Part shown: in pieces, positions 60,853-64,000 of the stretch
How the letters are laid out: each line of letters begins with the position of its first letter
Position numbering within the stretch: position 1 is the first letter of the stretch
Assembly (NCBI GenBank): GCA_945874125.1
Contig: CAMCFB010000002.1
Span: 517-64,516, forward strand
Direction: 5' to 3'
DNA: 64,000 nucleotides
DNA from: Verrucomicrobia subdivision 6 bacterium
GTDB lineage: Bacteria; Verrucomicrobiota; Verrucomicrobiia; Methylacidiphilales; Verrucolacustridaceae
Position numbers and translations under genes: made by a program
Notes under the pieces: generated by a model
Database searches by the model: none
What the model saw: the letters and a program-made list of their open reading frames with translations, nothing else
Told to the model about the DNA's origin: nothing

Positions 60853-61652
60853 ATGAATCCTTTCGCCCGCAATTTCTGCATGGCATTTCGCTCGTGATGA
60901 TCTTGGGCCCGCCCGGCTCTTTCCGATGTCTTGGTGACCTTGAGCTCCTCGACAATCCCCTCGATAGTATTGACCGAGCTTTCAATCGACTTCGTGATCG
61001 GCCAGCACCCCAAGGAGCGATAGCGACGACCGTTTTGGGAGAAGTACATCTTCGGAATTGGGATTCCCTCCCGGCGGACATACTCCCAAATATCCAGCTC
61101 CGTCCAGTCGAGGAGTGGTTGAACCCGCACGTGCTCTCCCGGCTTCACCGCGGTGGTGAACTGCCCCCAAAACTCGGGGGGCTGATCCCGATACTCCCAC
61201 TCGTTATCGGCGGTTCGAGGAGAAAAATATCTTTCCTTGGCGCGGGTTGAATCCTCATCTCGGCGGATTCCAGTGACCAAGGCATCCCACTTGTACTTCG
61301 CTAGCGCCTGCTGCAAGGCAGCCGACTTCAACTCATGCGTGACTGTGACGGGATCGTGGGTTTCATAACCGATCCCCCTTTTTCTCGCCTCCTCATTGAC
61401 CATGACAATGAGGTCGATCTCATAATGCTTTCGCGCCCACTCCCGAAACGCCAACATCTCAGGAAATTCATACGTGGTGTCGATATGAACCAGCGGGAAT
61501 GGAATTTTTCCGGCAAATGCCTTCTTGGCCAGCCAGATCAGGGTATTTGAATCCTTGCCCATCGACCAAGGCATAGCCATATTCTTAAAATTCGCGAAAG
61601 CCTCGCGAAAGATATAAATGCTCTGATCCTCAAGGTTTTGCAAATACGACAT
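60849..61652 (-). CDS. cysD: sulfate adenylyltransferase subunit 2
   Basis: [34 protein letters not shown]. Confidence 0.95.
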   Translation of the reverse strand: MSYLQNLEDQSIYIFREAFANFKNMAMPWSMGKDSNTLIWLAKKAFAGKIPFPLVHIDTTYEFPEMLAFREWARKHYEIDLIVMVNEEARKRGIGYETHDPVTVTHELKSAALQQALAKYKWDALVTGIRRDEDSTRAKERYFSPRTADNEWEYRDQPPEFWGQFTTAVKPGEHVRVQPLLDWTELDIWEYVRREGIPIPKMYFSQNGRRYRSLGCWPITKSIESSVNTIEGIVEELKVTKTSERAGRAQDHHERNAMQKLRAKGFM

Positions 61653-61676
61653 AAACCATAGACTTTGTATGGTTTA
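61652..61676. promoter_or_regulatory. palindromic operator between divergent cysD and cysH
   Basis: Perfect 9-bp inverted repeat TAAACCATA-N7-TATGGTTTA. Confidence 0.65.
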
Positions 61677-61692
61677 GGTGCATAATGCAAGC

Positions 61693-62403
61693 ATGATTGT
61701 GGCTGATTCAAAGAAAAAAGGGACATGCCCAGCGGAGCTACCCGATCTGGAGTCGAAATCTCCGAAGGAGCGGATCGCTTGGGCCATGGAAGCGTACCCA
61801 GATCAGCTACTCCTCACGACCTCCTTTGGCGCGCAATCCGCTGCCTTCCTCCATCTCGCCACCCAGCAGAAAAAGGATCTGCCCATCATTTTTATTGATA
61901 CCGGATACCATTTTCCCGAAACCCTCGCCTTTGCCCAAGAGCTCACCAAAAAATTGCGCCTTAATCTCAAAACCTACTCCCCCCGACTCGCCCCGGCCGA
62001 GCTTGAGCAAAAACACGGAAAGCTGTGGGAGTTAGGCCCACTGGGCTTGGAGCAGTTTCATGAAATCGTGCGGGTCGAGCCACTTCGTCGGGCCATGCAG
62101 GAACTTCAACCGGCACTTTGGTTGGCGGGGTTACGTCGGGCGACCGCCGATTCTCGCAAAGAGCTATCGGTCCTATCCCAATCCGAATCCAGAATCAAGA
62201 TGCTGCCGATCCTCGACTGGTCGGATCGAGATGTGGGTCAATACCTCCAGGAACACTCTCTTCCCTATCATCCCCTCTGGTCGAAAGGATACGTCTCGAT
62301 CGGAGACCGCATCACCACGAAACGACTCGACGAAGTGACCGATCCTTCCGAGTTGAGGCACTTTGGCTGGAAACGAGAGTGCGGTATTCACGAAAAAGTC
62401 TGA
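61693..62403 (+). CDS. cysH: phosphoadenylyl-sulfate reductase (no Fe-S cysteines seen)
   Basis: TTSFG, FIDTGYHFPET, GLRR, GYVSIGD, RECGIH. Confidence 0.94.
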   Translation: MIVADSKKKGTCPAELPDLESKSPKERIAWAMEAYPDQLLLTTSFGAQSAAFLHLATQQKKDLPIIFIDTGYHFPETLAFAQELTKKLRLNLKTYSPRLAPAELEQKHGKLWELGPLGLEQFHEIVRVEPLRRAMQELQPALWLAGLRRATADSRKELSVLSQSESRIKMLPILDWSDRDVGQYLQEHSLPYHPLWSKGYVSIGDRITTKRLDEVTDPSELRHFGWKRECGIHEKV

Positions 62404-62457
62404 GTCGGTCGGAAAAAAGGTTTCGCTCGAACGCTCTTCCCCCTACGCTTTCAAACT

Positions 62458-62715
62458 ATGGCAGGTGAAGTTGTTGAAGTAGAAGGAGTCGTGAAGTCGG
62501 TCCTCAAAGGCACCCTCTTCCGGGTCGAACTGGTCAATGGCCACACGGTCCTCGCTCATATCTCTGGCAAAATGCGCAAGAACTACATCCGCCTGAATAT
62601 TGGCAACAAGGTGAAGATGGAAATGTCCCCCTACGACCTCAGCAAAGGCAGAATCACCTACCGGATCCCGCCCCCCTCCGCCGATGGGCAACCCGTCGCC
62701 CCCGTCCCTCTTTAA
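62458..62715 (+). CDS. infA: translation initiation factor IF-1
   Basis: [38 protein letters not shown]. Confidence 0.97.
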   Translation: MAGEVVEVEGVVKSVLKGTLFRVELVNGHTVLAHISGKMRKNYIRLNIGNKVKMEMSPYDLSKGRITYRIPPPSADGQPVAPVPL

Positions 62716-63998
62716 GCCGCCTTATCTTTGGCAATCATCTCCGCGTACGCCTCCCAGGGGACATCCCCACCGTCATCCCTCGGAATCCTCGCCAAATCGG
62801 ATGAATCGAAATGGATGCCAAACAAACCAAAACGCGGATCATAGGTTCCCCACTCGTAGTTATCAGTCAAAGACCAGTGAAAGTATCCCACCAAGGGATA
62901 GCCCTCGGCTTTCAACTTCTGAACCTCCCCCACATGCTGCCGAATAAAATAACTACGACTTTGCTGATCAGTTCGTAAGGTACACTGTTCACCTGGATGA
63001 CAGCGACGCTCGGCCATCCCGTTCTCCGCGATGAGAATCGGCATCTGGGGGTACTCCTGCGCATACCTCTCCACAAAAAACCGCAAACCACGGGGCAAAG
63101 CTTTCCAGTCCCACCACTTGGTTGTCAGACTTTGCGTAATCCACTCCCGCAACCCGACACGTCCCAAACGCAAGTCCGCCAAAGCCGGTAGCCGGACAAT
63201 ATTTCCAACAAATGGATCGTAGTAATCGAACGAGATGTAATCCACCACCTCCTCCTCCCTCCTCTCCCGAACCAGAGGCACCAGACGCGAAAAGGTGCTC
63301 TCGTGCAAAAACTTTCGGCTCAACCCATGCTGAATCTGCTTAATCAACTCCCCCACCGCTTCCGAAAAAAGACCGTGGTGGGGAAAGTCCATCGCTCGAT
63401 AGGCCCGCGTAAACTCTCGATACCGATCGGTTAAAAAAGAGAGGATCGGCTCGTTGCCATGCGTTTGCCGCGCCCCCTCTAAGACATCGAGAAGCATTTT
63501 GTCCATCCAGTACAAGTCGCTGGCGAAGTTATTAAAACTCAGTTGGGGACGCCCCCAATCGGGATGCTCCGCGTAAAGAGCATGGATTTCCCGGCGAACA
63601 CGCACGTGCGCCTCCAACATGGTCTGCAGGGCGCAAAGAGCCGCCGACCACCACACGCGTCGCCCTGCCGGAAACGATCCTACATTGTAGGTGCAAGCCG
63701 CCAGCATGTTCGGCTCGTTGATCGTGATGAACCAGGTCGGTGGGGCCACCCCCCGCTCCGTCAGCTTTCGATTGAGCAAAGCCCACAGCTTTCTTTGGAA
63801 AGCGGCCAAGAGATGCGGGGTTTTCTCATCCAGCCAAGGGTCTGTTCCCAGCCAGTGGGGGGTGGTAAAGTGACAAAGGGTGACGAGCGGTTCGAGGTGT
63901 CGCGCCCGCAGCGCAGCGATCATATCCGCGTAGCGATTCACCGCATCCTTCTGGAATTCCCCGGTCGATCCCTCGGGTTGAATTCGGGTCCAATCCAC
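62712..63998 (-). CDS. glycoside hydrolase family 1 (5' end lies outside the window)
   Basis: W.RIQP, VTLCHF, TINEP (acid/base), IAENG (nucleophile), WSLTDNYEW. Confidence 0.9.
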   Translation of the reverse strand: MDWTRIQPEGSTGEFQKDAVNRYADMIAALRARHLEPLVTLCHFTTPHWLGTDPWLDEKTPHLLAAFQRKLWALLNRKLTERGVAPPTWFITINEPNMLAACTYNVGSFPAGRRVWWSAALCALQTMLEAHVRVRREIHALYAEHPDWGRPQLSFNNFASDLYWMDKMLLDVLEGARQTHGNEPILSFLTDRYREFTRAYRAMDFPHHGLFSEAVGELIKQIQHGLSRKFLHESTFSRLVPLVRERREEEVVDYISFDYYDPFVGNIVRLPALADLRLGRVGLREWITQSLTTKWWDWKALPRGLRFFVERYAQEYPQMPILIAENGMAERRCHPGEQCTLRTDQQSRSYFIRQHVGEVQKLKAEGYPLVGYFHWSLTDNYEWGTYDPRFGLFGIHFDSSDLARIPRDDGGDVPWEAYAEMIAKDKAA

Positions 63999-64000
63999 CC

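Overview
A densely packed, mostly housekeeping bacterial chromosome segment, probably Verrucomicrobiota (inferred from a Minf_1886/TIGR04138-type gene and overall gene content; not verified). It has about 60 CDS, including thrS, hemA-hemC-cobA/hemD, hisG, aguAB, nfeD-floA, plsY-gpsA-rpe-lepA-lepB, leuS, der-pgsA-gltX, smc, fumC, a type I secretion-like ABC/HlyD/TolC trio, dinB, crcB, nadC, sua5, cysDNC/cysH and infA. It also carries tRNA-Val(TAC), tRNA-Ser(GCT) and RNase P RNA. I saw no CRISPR array, prophage or transposase. Main observations: (1) tRNA-Val lies inside the N-terminus of the nfeD reading frame, so the pre-tRNA may double as a leaderless mRNA; (2) an unannotated 34-aa bS22/AURKAIP1-COX24-like gene is nested in the signal-peptide n-region of a TPR gene; (3) a variant dif-like site at 26037-26064 coincides with a GC-skew and KOPS-like polarity switch, suggesting the replication terminus; (4) a catalytically dead UmuD'/LexA-CTD-like protein is coupled to dinB; (5) the T1SS ABC has a degenerate ATPase and no cargo gene nearby; (6) many transcription units look leaderless; (7) a palindromic operator fills the 40-bp cysD/cysH gap. 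All calls come from reading motifs by eye; no searches were run.
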